A DNA stretch of 62,376 nucleotides, filler included, from Chiloscyllium plagiosum (GCF_004010195.1; 5 parts of one record of this genome joined end to end with filler, not necessarily neighbours in it), one strand, 5' to 3'. Positions 1 to 13,599 are shown, counted from the first letter of the whole stretch. The notes: generated from the sequence alone by a model not told the origin. Numbers and translations: made by a program.

Positions 1-662
1 TTATTTCTAATACTTCGTGCATTCATATATAGTATTTTTAAGTTATTACTGCCCTCACCCTTCCTATCAATCCCTATTTCACTCAACCTTACGGCATGAT
101 CCCTTTCTGAGTTTTCTGCATCATTGATACCGTTGTCTTTCTTGACTTCCCTTGTTCTAACTTTCCCTTCAATTTCCTTCTTAAACTTTCAGTTTGTCTC
201 CCTCCCCCCCGCTATTTATTTAGTTTAAACGCAGCTGTTGTATTCTGAGTTACCTTCTTGATTTTAATGTATGTATTAAATGCCTTGGGATTCTCTTTAA
301 TCCTACTTGCCAAGGACATGTCATGGCCAATGTCGTTGCTCTCCTAATTCCCTGCTTGTGGTCTTTCTTGGTTGCTTTATATTCCTCACAGGTCCGGTCC
401 AATTTTACCTTCCTGAATATTGCATATGCTTCTTTTTCCCTTTTTGACTAAATTCACAAACTCCCTCATTATCCAAGGATCCCTTACTTTGACATCCTTG
501 TCTTTCCTCCTTACTGGAACATGCCAATTCTGAACTCCGATCAGTTGGTCTTTAAACAACGCCCACATGTCGCGTGTGGACTTGCCTGATAACAGCTGTT
601 CCCAATTAACTCTCCCTAACTCCCTGCCTAATACTATCGTAATTTGCCCTTCTTCAATTTTT
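1..662 (-). mobile_element. CR1-type LINE fragments (ORF2 start and endonuclease-linker region)
   Basis: Reverse complement of 1-42 reads LKILYMNARSIRN, the typical start of CR1 ORF2. ORF 386-673 has VNWEQLLSGKSTRDMWALFK...PWIMRE, the CR1 post-endonuclease linker. Confidence 0.85.
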
Positions 663-759
663 TTCAAAAGCATGACTTGGCTGGGCAGAGTAGATTGGGT
701 GAAGCTACTTTCGCTTGAAAAAGAATCATGAAAAAAAGGGCATGGATTTTTGCGATTTT

Positions 760-2175
760 TGAGAAGATTTGTTGCTCAGGTTAAGGTTCGGGTTGCAAAG
801 TTGCTCGCTGAACTGGAAGGTTTGTTCTCAGACCCTTTGTCACCATGCTAGGTAACATCATCAGTGAGCCTCCGGTGAAGTGCTGGTGTTCTGTCTCACT
901 TTCTATTTATGTTTGTTGGTTGGTTAAGGTGGGTGATATCATTTCCGGTTCTTTTTCTCAGAAGTTGGTAAATGGGGTTCAAATTGATGTGTTTATTGAT
1001 GGAGATCTAGTTTGGATGCCAAGCCTCTAGGAATTCCCATGTGTATCTCCGTTTAGCCAGTCCTGAGATGGATGTGTTGACCCAGTCAAATAGATGCTCT
1101 TCTTTGTCTGTATGTAAGGATACTAGTGATAGTAGGGCATGTCTTTTGGTGGCTAGTTGGTGTTCGTGTATCCTGGTAGGTAGTTTTCTGCCTGTCTTTC
1201 TGATGTAGTGTTTGGTTACAGTCCTTGCAGCGTATTTTGTAAATGACACTCAATTTGCTGGTTGTTGGTATAGGGTCCTTTAGGTTCATCAGTAGCTGTT
1301 TCAGTGTGTTGGTAGGTTTGTGGGCCACCATGATGCCAAGAGGCCAGAGTAACCAGGTAGTCAGCTCCGAGATGTCTTTGATGTATGGTGGTGTGGCTAG
1401 GGTTTCTGGGCATGTTGTGTCGACTTGTTTGGGATTGTTCGAGCCACAACACGCTGCAGCACGAGCAGCAATAGAAAAACACTTATATAGCACACTCAAG
1501 AACAACAGGTGCCAGATAAATGCAGGCAGAAATGGGTACTGCAGATGCTGGAGATTCGAGTCAAGATTAGAGTGGAAAAGCACAGCAGGTCAGGCAGCTT
1601 CCGAGCAGCAGGAAAATCGACGTTTTGGGCAAAAGCACTTCACCAGGATTCCTGATGAAGGGCTTTTGCCCGAAATGTCGATTTTCCCGCTTCTCGCTTG
1701 CTGCCTGACTTGTTGTGCTTTTCCAGCACTATTCTCATCTTGACTTGATAAACACAGTCCACTGATTCTTAAACAACAATTCCAAACAAGTAGACACTAC
1801 ATGCCCAAAAACCCTAGCCACACTACGATACATCAATACATCTTGGAGATGCTGACCAGACTACTCTGACCCCTTGGCATTGTGGTAGCCCACAAACCTA
1901 CCAACACACTGAAATAGCTACCGCTGAACCTAAAGGACCCTATACCAACATCCAGAAAAAGTAATGTCATTTACAAAATACCCTGCAAGGACTGTAACAA
2001 ACACTACATCGTACAGACAGGCAGAAAGCTAGCCACCAGGATACATAAACACCAACTGGCCACCAAAGGTCAAGACCCACTATCACTAGTATCCTTACAT
2101 ACAGATTAAGAAGGACACCAGTTCGACTGGGGCAACACAACCATCCTCGGACAGGCTAAACAGAGACACGTACGG
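760..2175. mobile_element. Penelope-like element (GIY-YIG 3' region and pLTR) as a head-to-head inverted pair
   Basis: Minus arm ~760-1440 encodes VIYKIRCKDC and HYI...GRKLPTRIHEHQLA...EFLEAWH in different frames (GIY-YIG) plus pLTR. The plus arm ~1441-2175 repeats the same region in the opposite orientation. It is interrupted at 1524-1748. Confidence 0.85.
1524..1748. mobile_element. Short palindromic Penelope pLTR-derived element with hammerhead core
   Basis: Inverted arms gctggaaaagcacagcaggtcaggcagc-like / gctgcctgacttgttgtgcttttccagc. Centre contains CTGATGA-A-GGGC-TTTT-GCCC-GAAA-TGTC at 1652-1679. Confidence 0.8.
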
Positions 2176-2884
2176 CTTAGTCAGCATGGCTTCATCAATG
2201 AAAGGTTTTTGAGTGCATTTAAATCAGAGATAGTTACCATCTTGCTTAGTGAAGGGATCAAGAGTTACAGGAGTAGGCAGGAGTATGGGGTTGTGAAACG
2301 TATCAGTTATAATCAAATAGTGCAGCAGAATTGATGGGCCAAATGGTCTAATTCTTGCCCAAATTGTATGACCTTATGGTCATTTCAAGTTTTCTTAACT
2401 CTATGCCCCTTTCCATTACCCTTTGTTGTTCTTTTTGCTTCCTTCCTTGTTCCTCTGTTTTTCACTTTCCTCAACTTCCACTATCCTCTGTTTTCTTCTA
2501 ACTCAATTTTTTTTTATTTCTAAGTGTATCTTGACTAATTTTAGCCATGACACCTGAATTTCATTTTCTTTTCTTCAAATTCTAAATATGGGATAATCAC
2601 TTGAAACATCAAATCCTTACGAGATGCTACTTTTATTTCTACCTTCAATATATCTGCCGTAATTTCTCAGTTTCACTATAATCAAGGATTTCAAATAATC
2701 CAGTTATGGTTTGAATTCCAGTCAACTCTGACCGAAAATTAAAACCAGGTTCGAACTCTGTATAGTAACTTCACTGCAACACAGTTGCTTTATGTTCAGA
2801 ACCACAACTTAGCCATCATCTCAAAAAGGAAGACACAAACCCTTTTTAACTCCAGTATATTCAAATCCCAGCTGAGCCTCCAAT

Positions 2885-3748
2885 TGTTATGATCCCAGCT
2901 GATGTTATTACCAGACAAGTCAGATCCCAAATGAAATCTGGGTTGATAGGCTTTTTTTTTGTCTATTTTGCAAAGTGATCTCTCAGTGTAGCATAAGCAT
3001 GCACATCTGCAGATGTGAGACTAACTATGCAACAGAAGTTTATTATGCAGAAGAAAAACAAGATAGAGTAAACCAAGCTATTTCCATGTAAACCAACTTG
3101 AAACATTAAAAATAAACAGTAAAATATAACATTCTATTGATTGCAACAGTAAACCTTTATAACAAATAAATACCAGAGAAAGTTCACTTCTCTATCCCGT
3201 CTATAGAGTTAACTTAAGTGTTACTTATAATTCCTGGTCTTGAGAGTTTGATAGCCTCCTCCTTAAGCTTAGAATTCTCAGCTCTTAATATGCCCTTCAG
3301 AATTCTATCAAAACACTTCTTGTCTAGAGCTTTTAAACTGAAAGACTTGCACAGAGGTAACATACTTCCTAACTTTTCTGAACAAACTCATTCTTCTCAG
3401 AGAAACTGTTTCATACATCCAACAAGCAGGACATTGGTAAACTGAAACAAAAATGTTTCTAAGCTATGGGTGTTTCCCCAAGCAAAAAAAATTACTGAAC
3501 CTTCTAATTGAAAGCAAGTTATTGCTCTTCAGTGCTTATTCTGTCCGCACATAAAACTCTCTCAGTGCAAACAAATTTGCACCGAGGAACTGTTTCACTC
3601 ATACAGATTTTTATAAAACATTGGCTGCAGAAATACTGACAAGTTAATCATTAATGTCTGTTACATACAGTTCCCAAAACACATATGCCACTATTTCAAA
3701 ATTCAAACTCTAAAACAATTCAAATATATATTAATCACAGACCTTACA
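2885..3748. mobile_element. Probable LTR-derived repeat
   Basis: Begins tgttatgatcccagctgatg...aagtcagatccc, which recurs inverted at ~27203-27240. Ends ...accttaca (TG..CA). No TSD confirmed. Confidence 0.35.
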
Positions 3749-3861
3749 AAACAGTGGCCTTCCTGGTGCCAAATCCCTTGTTTCCAAATTATTTAATGTT
3801 ACCAGAGGATGGGATCTGGGTTAGGGAGGGGAGCATCAGGTACCTGCCAGTCTTCAGCATA

Positions 3862-6018
3862 TTGGCAAAAAGGATTAGGGAAAACCAAAACGCATTCTAC
3901 ACCTACGTCAGGAATTAGAGAGTGTCCAGAGAGAGGGTAGGGTCGATCACGATAGTGGAGGGAACTTGTGCCTGGAGTCTGAAGAGGTAAGGGAGGCCCT
4001 AAATGAGTTTTTTGCTTCAGTATTCACTAGAGAGAGGGATCTTGTTAATAGTGAGAATACCGTGGACCAGGTAAACAGGCTTTAACAGACTTGTATTAAG
4101 AAAGTGGATGTGCTGGAAATTCTGGGAAGCATCAAGATTGATAAGTCCCCAGGGCCGGACCAGATATATATCAGAGTGGTGCTAGAAAGGCACAGCAGGT
4201 CAGGCAGCATCCGAGAAGCAGGAAATTCGACGTTTCGGGCAACAAAACGTCCTGCTTGTTGGATGTATGAAACAGTTTCTCAGAGAAGAATGAGTTTGTT
4301 CAGAAAAGTTAGGAAGTATGTTACCTCAGTGCAAGTCTTTCAGTTTAAAAGCTCTAGACAAGAAGTGTTTTGATAGCATTCTGAAGGGCTTTTGCCTGAA
4401 ACATCGATTTTCCTGCTCCTCGGATGCTGCCTGACCTGCTGTGCTTTTCTAGCACCACTCTGATCTAAACTCTGGTTTCCAGCATCTGCAGTCCTCACTT
4501 TTGGCCGGACCAGATATATCCAAGTTAGTACAGGAAGCAAGGGAAGAGATTGCTGCACCCCTGGCAATGATCTTTGTATCCTCACTCTCCAACTGGAGTA
4601 GTACTGGATGATTAAACAGAGGCAAATGTTGTTCCTCTGTTTAAAAAAGGGAATACTGAAATCCCTGGGAATTATAGACCAGACAGTCTTATGTCTGTGG
4701 AAGCAAGGTACTAAAAAGGATTCTGAGAGATAGGGTTTATGACTATTTGGAAAAACGTAGTTGATTAAAGATAGTCAACATGGTTTTGTGAGGGGTAGGT
4801 CATGCCTCAAAAGCCTGATTGAGTTCTTTCAAGATGTGACGAGACAAGTTGATGAAGGTCGAGCAGTGAATGTGGTGTATATGGATTTCAGTAAGACATT
4901 TGATAAAGTTCCCCACAGTGGGCTCATTCAGAAAGTTAGGAGTTCTGGGATACAGGGAAATTTGCCTGTCTGGATACAGAATTGGCTGGTGGTAGTGGAT
5001 GGAAAGTTTTCCGCCTGGAGCTCGGTGACCAGTGGTGTTCAGCAGGGATCTTTTCTTAGGCCTCTGCTCTTTGTAGTTTTTATAAATTACTTGGATGAAG
5101 AAGTGGAAGGGTGGGTTGGTAAGTTTACCGATGATACAAAGGTCGGTGGTTCTGTAGATAGTGTTAAGGATTGTTGCAGGCTACAACAAGACATTGACAG
5201 GATGCAGAGCTGGGTTGAGAAGTGGCAGATGGAGTTCAACTTGGATAAATGCGAAGTGATTCATTTTGGAAAGTTGAATTTGAATGCTGAACACAGGGTT
5301 AAAGACAGGATTCTGGGCAATGTGGAGGTACAGCAGGATCTTGGGATCCATGTACATAGATCCCTCAAAGTTGCCACCCAAGTTGACAGGATTGTTAAGA
5401 AGGCATATGATGTTTTGGCTTTCATTAACAGGGGAATTCAGTCTAAGAGCCATGAGGTTTTGCTGCAGCTCTATAAAACCCTGGTTAGACCACACATGGA
5501 ATATTGTGTCCAGTTCTGGTCACCTTATTATAGAAAGGGTGTAGATGCTTTAGAGAGGGTGCAGCGGAGATTTACCAGGATGCTGCCTGGATTGGAAGTC
5601 TTGTCTCATGAAGAGAGGTTGAGTGAGGTAGGGCTTTTCACACTGGAGAGAACAAGGAAGAGAGGTGACTTGACAGATGTGTACAAGGTAATGAGAGGCA
5701 TAGGTAGAGTAGATAGCCAGAGACTTTTCCCCAGGGCAGAAAATGCTGTCATGAGGGGTCATAGTGTTAAGGTGATTGGTGTAAGGTATAGGGGCAATGT
5801 CAGAGGTAGGTTCTTTACGCAGAGAGTTGTGGGTGTAAGGAATGCACTGCCAGTGAGGGTAGTAGAATCAGAGACATCAGGGATAGTTAAGCCACTGCTG
5901 GACGAGCAGATGGATGGCAGTAAATTGAGGGGTGTGTAGGTTAGGTTGATCTTAGATTAAGATAAATGCTCAGCACAACATCATGGACCAAAGAGCCTGT
6001 ACTGTTCTATGTTCTATA
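3862..6018 (+). mobile_element. CR1-type LINE, 5'-truncated, with 392-aa RT ORF remnant (4761-5939)
   Basis: SQHGFVRGRSC, VYMDFSKTFDKVPH, SGVQQGSFLRPLLF, KFTDDTK (degenerate FADD), LYKTLVRPHMEYCVQFWSP. Tail is gttctatgttctat. Contains small deletions, so it is not intact. Confidence 0.95.
4170..4502. mobile_element. Palindromic Penelope pLTR-derived element with 17-bp TSD, inserted in CR1
   Basis: GGCCGGACCAGATATAT flanks both sides (4153-4169, 4503-4519). Right arm is complete (ends cactttt). Left arm is truncated. Confidence 0.9.
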
Positions 6019-6989
6019 TTGAAGCCCTCATGTGACCAAGTCATCCCAGAGGAAAAAAATCAGTTAAAAATCAGTGATGTTTGGAAATGGGCATATCAGC
6101 AATATTGTATCTCTGTTTTGAAGTGTACTTGATGAGTTGGACCAACATGTGTTACTCGTATGATTTACTGTTTTTTTTCTGGCTGACTACTTAAGGGTCT
6201 CATCCTGCCTGTTGTTATTTCATTCACATCAGTGAATGCCTATATCGTGTGGGCTTCCAGAAGGAAATGTGCAATAACACTTCCAAATGATACAAATCAA
6301 ACTGATCCATCTAGCAAACTTCAGATTGGAGCTCCAGAACAATCAATATGTTAATTTCCAAGTATTACTGGCTTGCTCTTGCTCCTTCTCTCTGACAATC
6401 ATAGCATCTTTTGCAGTGTATGCTAATGTCAGATGTAGTAAGTACTACATTTGGACAGACCAAATGCTATCAGCCTGTTCAAATGGCAAAACAGACTTGA
6501 TGGGCCGAATGACATAATTATGCTCCTATATCTTATGAACCTTTGAACTGGAGACATAATCCCTTTTCGAGCAAAACAGTGAAACCTGTGAATGGGAAAT
6601 CTGCCCCCAACACAGCTTGATGTTGAACCCAGGTGGGATTTTGGCTGACAATCTTCTGAGGGAGGACTTCCTTTCTCTGAATGCAAAAATCCCACCTCCT
6701 GGTTAGTAACAACTAAATCATCTCCCAGCTATACTCACCATTGATTTTTCAGTGGTAGTTGTGGGGAAATAACAATTCCCATAAGATCCAGTGTATGGGT
6801 TGTATATAGTCAACACACAATCCTTGCTTAAAATCAAGATTTTTAACCTGGAGACTTCTTGTTGGCTCAAAATTCTATCTTCAAACTTGAAGCACCATAG
6901 TAAGGAGATGAGAATTTCATCCTTCATTGCTAACATTTTTTGTCATGAGAAAATCAGACTGATAGCATTAATAATGAATAATTAATTAC

Positions 6990-7103
6990 CGGATCAGAAT
7001 TGTAAAGTGGCTGACAAACTTTCTCCAGTGCCTGCAGGAACTTCACATTGTCCTTTGCTTCATTAGCTGCATCAGTGATTTGAGAATCCAACTCTAACCA
7101 CAT
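6990..7103 (-). CDS. DNAH8: Internal exon (114 bp, phase 0/0) of dynein axonemal heavy chain 8, tail/DHC_N1 region
   Basis: Acceptor ttttttttctccag and donor gtaatt. Translates [38 protein letters not shown], matching recalled human DNAH8 [47 protein letters not shown] favours DNAH8 over DNAH5. Confidence 0.9.
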
Positions 7104-7894
7104 CTGGAGAAAAAAAATTAAAACATTTCAAACTACTTCATTTGTTGTTGATACATCTTAAACTAACTTCAAGAGTAAACCAAAATTGGCTCTGCAGTCT
7201 CAAACGTTGCTGCCAATTTTGTTTAAACACTCTCAACAATTTTAGCAACCCAAATCACACACAATTTTGACAATCCACCTGGATTGCACTTAGAAACTCA
7301 GAATCATAGAATGTTACTGCACAGGAAGAATTCATTCAGCCTATTGCATCTACACCAGCTGTATAAACTCACCACCCACTCCGATTCCACGTTCCAGGAC
7401 CTAGTTAGTAACCTTGCAGGCTACAGTGCATCAAGTACATATCCAGGTTCCATTGAAATGAGTTAAGGGTTTCCACCTTAACTGCTAGTATGGGCAGCAA
7501 ATTCCAGATGCCCACCATCATCCATGTAACCGAAATCTTTTCCTCATGTCCCTCCAATCCTTCTCCCAATTACTTTCAATCTATGCCCTTAGGTAAGTGA
7601 CATTGCTACCAAGAGAAATGGATATTCCCTGTCCACCTTAACTAAGCCTTAATTTTGTATACTTCAATTAAGTCACCATTCATTCTCATCTGCTCAAAGG
7701 AAAACAAACCTAACCTACCGAATATTTACCTATAAATATATTTTTTAAGCCTTAGCAACATTCCTGTAAATGTGCTGTGTACTCATTCTAAAGCAATCAT
7801 GTTGTTCCTCTAATATGATGAGCAGGAACGTTCCAGCTGCGGCACAGCCAGTGTCTTACATACTTTCAGCACAATCTCCCTACTTTTAAAAAAT

Positions 7895-9033
7895 AAGAAC
7901 AAAGAAAACTTACAGTCCAGGAACAGGCCCTTTGGCCCTCCAAGCCCGAGCCGATCCAAATGTACTGTCTAAATCTGTCAGTCAATTCCTAAGCATCTGT
8001 ATCCCTCTGCTCCCTACCTACTCATGCATTTGTCCAGACGCATCTTAAATGAATCTACCGTGCCTGCCTCTACTACCTCTGCTGGTAATACGTTCCAAAC
8101 GCCCACCACCCTCTGTGTGAAGTACTTATCACGTGTATCCCCCTTAAACTTTCCACCTCTCACCTTGAAAGTGTGACCTCTCGTTATGGAATTCTTCACC
8201 CTGGGAAAAAGCTTGTCTCTATCCGCCCTATCTATACCCTTCATGATTTTGTAAACCTCAATCAGGTCCCCCGCAATCTCCTTTTTGCTTATTGGGATGA
8301 AGTGCCTGTTTCCACACTGTAGAGAATCGAGTCTAATCTATTTACAACTGGGCCAATGGTTGGGTGCCACAGTATTCTAAATGCGGCCGAACCAGCGTCG
8401 TGTGCAACTTTAACATGACTTGACAGCTCTTATACTCAATACCCCGTCCAATGAAGGCAAGCAGACTATATGCCTTCTTGACCAGTCTATCCACCTGTGC
8501 AGCCACCTTCAGGGTACAATGGACCTGTACTCCCAGATCTCTCTGCTCATTAACTTTTCCCAAGGCTCTTCCGTTCATTGTATAATTCGCTGTAGAATTA
8601 GTCTTGCCTAAATGCAGCACCTCACATTTTTCTGGATTGAAAACCATCTGCCACTTTTCTGCCTAACTCTCCAGTCTATCTATGTCCTCCTGTATTCTCT
8701 GACAGTCTCTTATGCATTCTGGTACTCCACCAATCTTCGTGTCATCTGCAAACTTGCTAATCATACCAACAGTGCCCTCTTCCAGATCATTTATGTATAT
8801 TACAAACAACAGTGGCCCCAACACTGACCCCTGCGGAACACCACTGGTCACCTTTCTCCATTTCGAGAAACTCCCTTCAACTACCACTCTGTCTCCTGTT
8901 GCTCAACCAGTTCTTTATCCACCTAGCTAGAACACCCTGCACACCATGTGACTTCACTTTCTCCGTTAGTCTACCATGGGGGACCTTATCAAACGCCTTA
9001 CTAAAGTCCATGTATATGACATCAACAGCCCTT
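7895..9033 (-). mobile_element. CR1-type LINE 3' RT fragment
   Basis: ORFs 8663-8887 ([14 protein letters not shown]...KFADDTK), 8342-8647 and 8014-8244 are consecutive CR1 RT pieces. Confidence 0.92.
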
Positions 9034-9359
9034 CCTTTATGTTCAATACCCTGTCGAATGAAAAAAGTATCTCATATATTTTCTTATACCTTGTCTTTTT
9101 TCTGGCTATCTTCAGGAGCCCTGTGGGTATGCACTCTGAGGTCTCTCACTTATGGTCTTAAGATAGAGGTGCAGAAGTGGGCCATTCAGCCTATTGCATT
9201 TGCTCCACCCATTCAATGAGAACATGGCTGATCTGCTAATCCTTAACTCCATCTGCCTACCTTTTCCCTATCATCCTTGATTCTTTTACTGATTAAAAAT
9301 CTGTCAACCTCAGCCTTGAATATACTTAATGCCACATCTCGACAAGGCAACAGACTATT

Positions 9360-10770
9360 CTAGGCTGGGTAGTGTGCAATTAGAAAGGAGTCATTAAAAA
9401 TTTTGTTGAGCCAGATTCCTTGATTGGGTGCTTCATTACGATGGAGAACAAGGTAGTTGAATACAAAACTAGGGTCCTGAATCTAGAGGGAACTGTGAGA
9501 GTATGCCAGTTAGCAAGGATAGATTGGATAATCTTATTAGACTGGTTGATGGTGGATATGTTTCATATTTAAAGAACAGCGCATGAATAACAATTAGTCA
9601 TGATAGTCTGGTACAAAAATAAAAGAGGAAAGGTAGATCAACCATGGCTTGCAAAAAAACATTATGAATATTATTAGATCAAAAAGAGGCATATAAAATA
9701 GCCAGAAAGAGCAGCAAGCCTGAGGATTGGGAGTATTTTATTGTTGTTACTGTTGTTTGCTTTGTTATTCATGCACACATTCTTCAAATATAAACTATTG
9801 CCTATCCACCATGAATATCTTTAGTAGGGTTCTCCAAACTATCTTTTCCAATCTTCTACAAACTGACCATTAAATTTTCTATAAGTTTACGGTGAGAAAA
9901 AAGATTATTAAAGATAAATATGGAACCCATACAGTCAGAAGCCAGGGAAATTACAATGAAGAGCAAAGGAATGGCAGAAGAACTGAACATATATTTTGGT
10001 TCTGTCTTCACAAAAAGAGCATAAATAGTTTTCCACACATTCCAGGGAACGAAGGGTTTTGTAACAGGACTGAATTGAAGGAAGTCACTATTCATAAGAA
10101 AATGGTGCTGGGGAAATTAATGGATAAGGGCTGACAAATCACCTGTTTATCTTTCTCTCAAAGTACTCAAGAAAGGGACCCTGTAAATATTGAATGCATG
10201 TTGTCATCTTCCAAAATTCTATTGACTCTGGATTAGATCACACATATTAGACAGTGGCAAATGTAATTCCACTATTTGAAAAGAAAGGGAGAGAAAATAA
10301 CAGAATTACAGACAAGTTAGCTGAACATCAGGAGTGAGGAAAATGCTAGAGTCTATTATAAAAGATTGAGATAACCGATCATTAGGAAAGCATTAACAGA
10401 TTGGAAAAAGTCAGTATGGTTTTATGAAAGGCAAATCATGCTGTATAAATCTACTGGGGTTTTGAGCATGTAACATTTTGAGACAATCGATGTGTATATT
10501 TGGATTTTCAGAAGGCACAAAAAGTCTCTCATAGGACTGAGATGAGGAAATACTTGGTTACTTAAAGGGTAGTGAATCTGTGGAATCCTCTACAACAAGG
10601 TTATACAGGCCAAATCACAGAGTATATTCAATAAAGAAATAGTTTGTTTTAGCTTTTTAAGGGATATGGAGAGGAAGCAGGAATATAGCATTCAGATAGA
10701 GGATCAGCCATGATTATATTGGATGGTGGAGCAGACTCAAAGCGCTAAATGGCCTACTCCTACTCCTAGT
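9360..10770 (+). mobile_element. Old, highly decayed CR1 fragments
   Basis: Remnants of NYRPVSLTS, QHGFMKGKSC and FQKAF-like motifs, plus the CR1 3' UTR (...aatggcctactcct). Confidence 0.7.
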
Positions 10771-11354
10771 GGTAAGACAGCTCTGAGGTAGTGTGAGGTG
10801 GTGCTGATGGTGCTGCCCCCCAATCCCGCTTCATTCTCCGTTTATTCAATGTTCCAAAAAAACATTTTCTCTTCCTTTCTGATACTAAGTAAAATAAGCT
10901 GCAACAGCTCAGAGAAGCTAAGGCTCCTGTGAAAACTTTCTCCCTTTCCTTTTCATCTGTTTCCATCCCTTCTCCTAACCCTTTTGCCAGGTATATTTAC
11001 AATCTCTTGAAGTACTCAGCAAATGTCTTAGTTTTATCCCTCTGTGCCACATCTCAATGAATTTTGGGGACGACTAATGTTGTAGTCTTCTTCCATCACC
11101 TCTGTGTCCATTTCTTTGGACAAGAATCCTATCCTGTCCCACAAACCCCTCACCTATCTCCAACACTGCTCCACCTGGACTCCACTCACTGGTCTTTTAC
11201 CTGCACTCAACTTGTTCATCAATAATTGTCAATGAAACATTGGATGCCTTTACTTCTCTGCCAACCCTCACCCATTCAAAACTATCTCCCTCTGAACTGA
11301 TTGCATTCTGTTCTCAGATAAACCCTGACTTTGCAGTCAAGCCCATCAACAAGA

Positions 11355-11903
11355 TGATGTTATTGGCTGGACCTCATAGAAAATGAGTTCCCTGATTAGA
11401 GTTGATAATCTGGTCAAATCAGAAAGCTCTGACTGACATAAATAGGGGAGTCTCAAAAATATTAACACTGGTAGCTAACTCTGAATTAGGAGTACTAAAG
11501 TCAAGGATTGTTTATGTAATATCTTGGTAACAGATACTGGCCTCTGTGGAGTTATTTCAGTGGCAACAGGAACAAAGTATGATCCTGAAGAAAATTCACT
11601 AGCACAATTGTTTTTGAGTTAGAGCAAACATTTCTGACATTGGGAAATTTGACTCATTCGACTCTGCTGTCAAAGACTGGGCCCAGTATGTGGAAAGAAT
11701 GTGTTAATTTTTGTGGGCAAATAACACTGTGGAAGACAAAAAAAAATGAGTAATTCTCCTGGAAGCCTGTAGAGATAACAGTTTTTTTCTGAAAATAAGA
11801 GCCTAACATTCCCTGAGGCTCCAGATACTAAAATCTTCTAAAAATTGATGTATATAGTTAAGGAATATTGCAACTAAAGCCTCTTCTAACTTTGAGATGC
11901 TAT
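11355..11903 (+). mobile_element. Gypsy LTR retrotransposon relic: LTR, PBS and gag 5' end
   Basis: LTR ends gttatttca at 11559, followed by PBS-like tggcaacagg. From 11642 it reads GKFDSFDSAVKDWAQYVERMC*...FPEAPDTK, a Gypsy gag N-terminus. The LTR is homologous to 60457-60675 and 15138-15262. Confidence 0.8.
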
Positions 11904-11904
11904 A

Positions 11905-12810
11905 TAGAGTCACAGAGTCATAGAGATGTGCAGCACTGAAACAGACCCTGCTGTCCAAGTTGACGTTTCGGGCAAAAGCCCTTCATCAGGAAGGCTTTTG
12001 CCCGAAACGTAGATTTTCCTGCTCCTCGGATGCTGCCTGACCTGCTGTGCTTTTCCAGCACCACTCTGACCTAAACTCCGTTTTCCAGCATCTGTAGTCC
12101 TCACTTTTGCCCTGCTGTCCAACTCGTCCATGCCGCCAGACATCCTAATCTATCTAGTTCCATTTGCTAGCACTTAGTCCATATCCCTCTAAACTCTTCT
12201 TATTCATACACCCAATCAGATGTCTTTTAAATGCTGTAATTGTACCAACCTCCACCACTTCATCTAGCAGCTCATTCCAGACACACACCGCCCTCTGCGT
12301 GAAAAAGTTGCCCCTTAGATCTCTTTGATATCTTTTCCCTCTCACCCTAAACCATGCCCCTCATGATTTTATAAACCTCTATAAGATCATCCATCAGCCT
12401 CCGACGCTCTGGGGAAAATAGCTCCAACCTAATCAACCTCTCCCTTTACCTCAAATCCACCAATCCTGGCAACATCCTTGTAAATCCTTTCTGAACCCTT
12501 TCAAGTTTCACAACATCCTTCCAATAAGAAGGAGACCAGAATTGCACGCAATATTCCAAAAGTGGCATAACTGACGTCATGTACATCTCTATGACTCTAT
12601 GTACAGTCGCAACATGACCTCCCAACTCCTATACTCTGACCAATAAAGGAAAGCATACCAAACGCCTTCTTCACTATCCTATCTACCTGCGACTCCACTT
12701 TCAATGAGCTATGAACCTGCACTCCAAGGTCTCTTTGTTCAGCAACACTCCCTAGGAACTTACCATTAAGTGTATAAGTCCTGCTAAGATTTGCTTTCCC
12801 AAAATGCAGC
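11905..12810 (-). mobile_element. CR1-type LINE 3' end
   Basis: RGNFFTQRAVCVWNELLDEVVE motif and gagtcatagag tail. Runs into an assembly gap. Confidence 0.9.
11959..12109. mobile_element. Palindromic Penelope pLTR-derived element with 13-bp TSD and intact hammerhead core
   Basis: CCCTGCTGTCCAA at 11946-11958 and 12110-12122. Minus strand 11962-11989 reads CTGATGA-A-GGGC-TTTT-GCCC-GAAACGTC. Confidence 0.88.
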
Positions 12811-12910
12811 NNNNNNNNNNNNNNNNNNNNNNNNNNNNNNNNNNNNNNNNNNNNTTAATTAATTAANNNNNNNNNNNNNNNNNNNNNNNNNNNNNNNNNN
12901 NNNNNNNNNN
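12811..12910. other. Artificial contig linker N44-TTAATTAATTAA-N44
   Basis: Identical 100-nt construct at four sites. TTAATTAATTAA places stop codons in all six frames. Confidence 0.97.
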
Positions 12911-13598
12911 GGATCTTTCTTCCTTTTTGGAATGAACTGATCCTGCATCTTCTGCATTATACACAGAAATATCCGCCATTGTTCCTCCAGGGTCATCCCT
13001 GCTAAGGTATTACACCATTGAACTTTGGCCAGTTCCTCTCTCATTGCTCCATAGTTCCCTTTATTCAACAGAAATATTGTCACTTCCGATTGTACCCTCT
13101 CCCTCTCAAATTGCAGATTGAAGCTTATTGTATTATGGTCACTACTTCCCAATGGCTCCTTCACTTCGAGGTCTCTGACCAATTCTGGTTCGTTACACAA
13201 TACCAGATCCAGAATTGCCTTCTCCCTGGTCGGCTCCAGCACCAGCTGCTCTAAGAATCCATCTCTGAGGCACTCCACAAAGTCTCTTTCTTGAGGCCCA
13301 ATACCATCCTGATTCTCCCAGTCTACCTGCATGTTAAAATCCCCCATAACAACTGTAGTGACATCTTTGCGACAGGCCAATTTCAGCTCCTGATTCAACT
13401 TACATCCGACATCCAGACTACTGTTTGGGGACCTGTAGATGACTCCCAAGAGGGTCTTTTTACCCTTAATATTTCGAAGCTCTATCCACACTGACTCTAC
13501 ATCCCCTGACTCTAGGTCCCCCCATGCAAGGGACTGAATATCATCCCTTACCAACAAGGCCACCCCACCCCCTCTGCCCGTCAGTCTGTCCTTACGAT
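12911..13598 (-). mobile_element. CR1 ORF2 apurinic-type endonuclease domain
   Basis: ESVWIEL...GVIYRSPN...VVMGDFN...PTREKAILDLVL...LGSSDHNTISF, open over ~220 codons. Confidence 0.95.
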
Positions 13599-13599
13599 A

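Noticed and set aside
4761..5939. 392-aa RT ORF as an active or domesticated gene
   Set aside because: The element is 5'-truncated and frameshifted upstream, with a deletion after IQNWL and altered PQG/FADD motifs.
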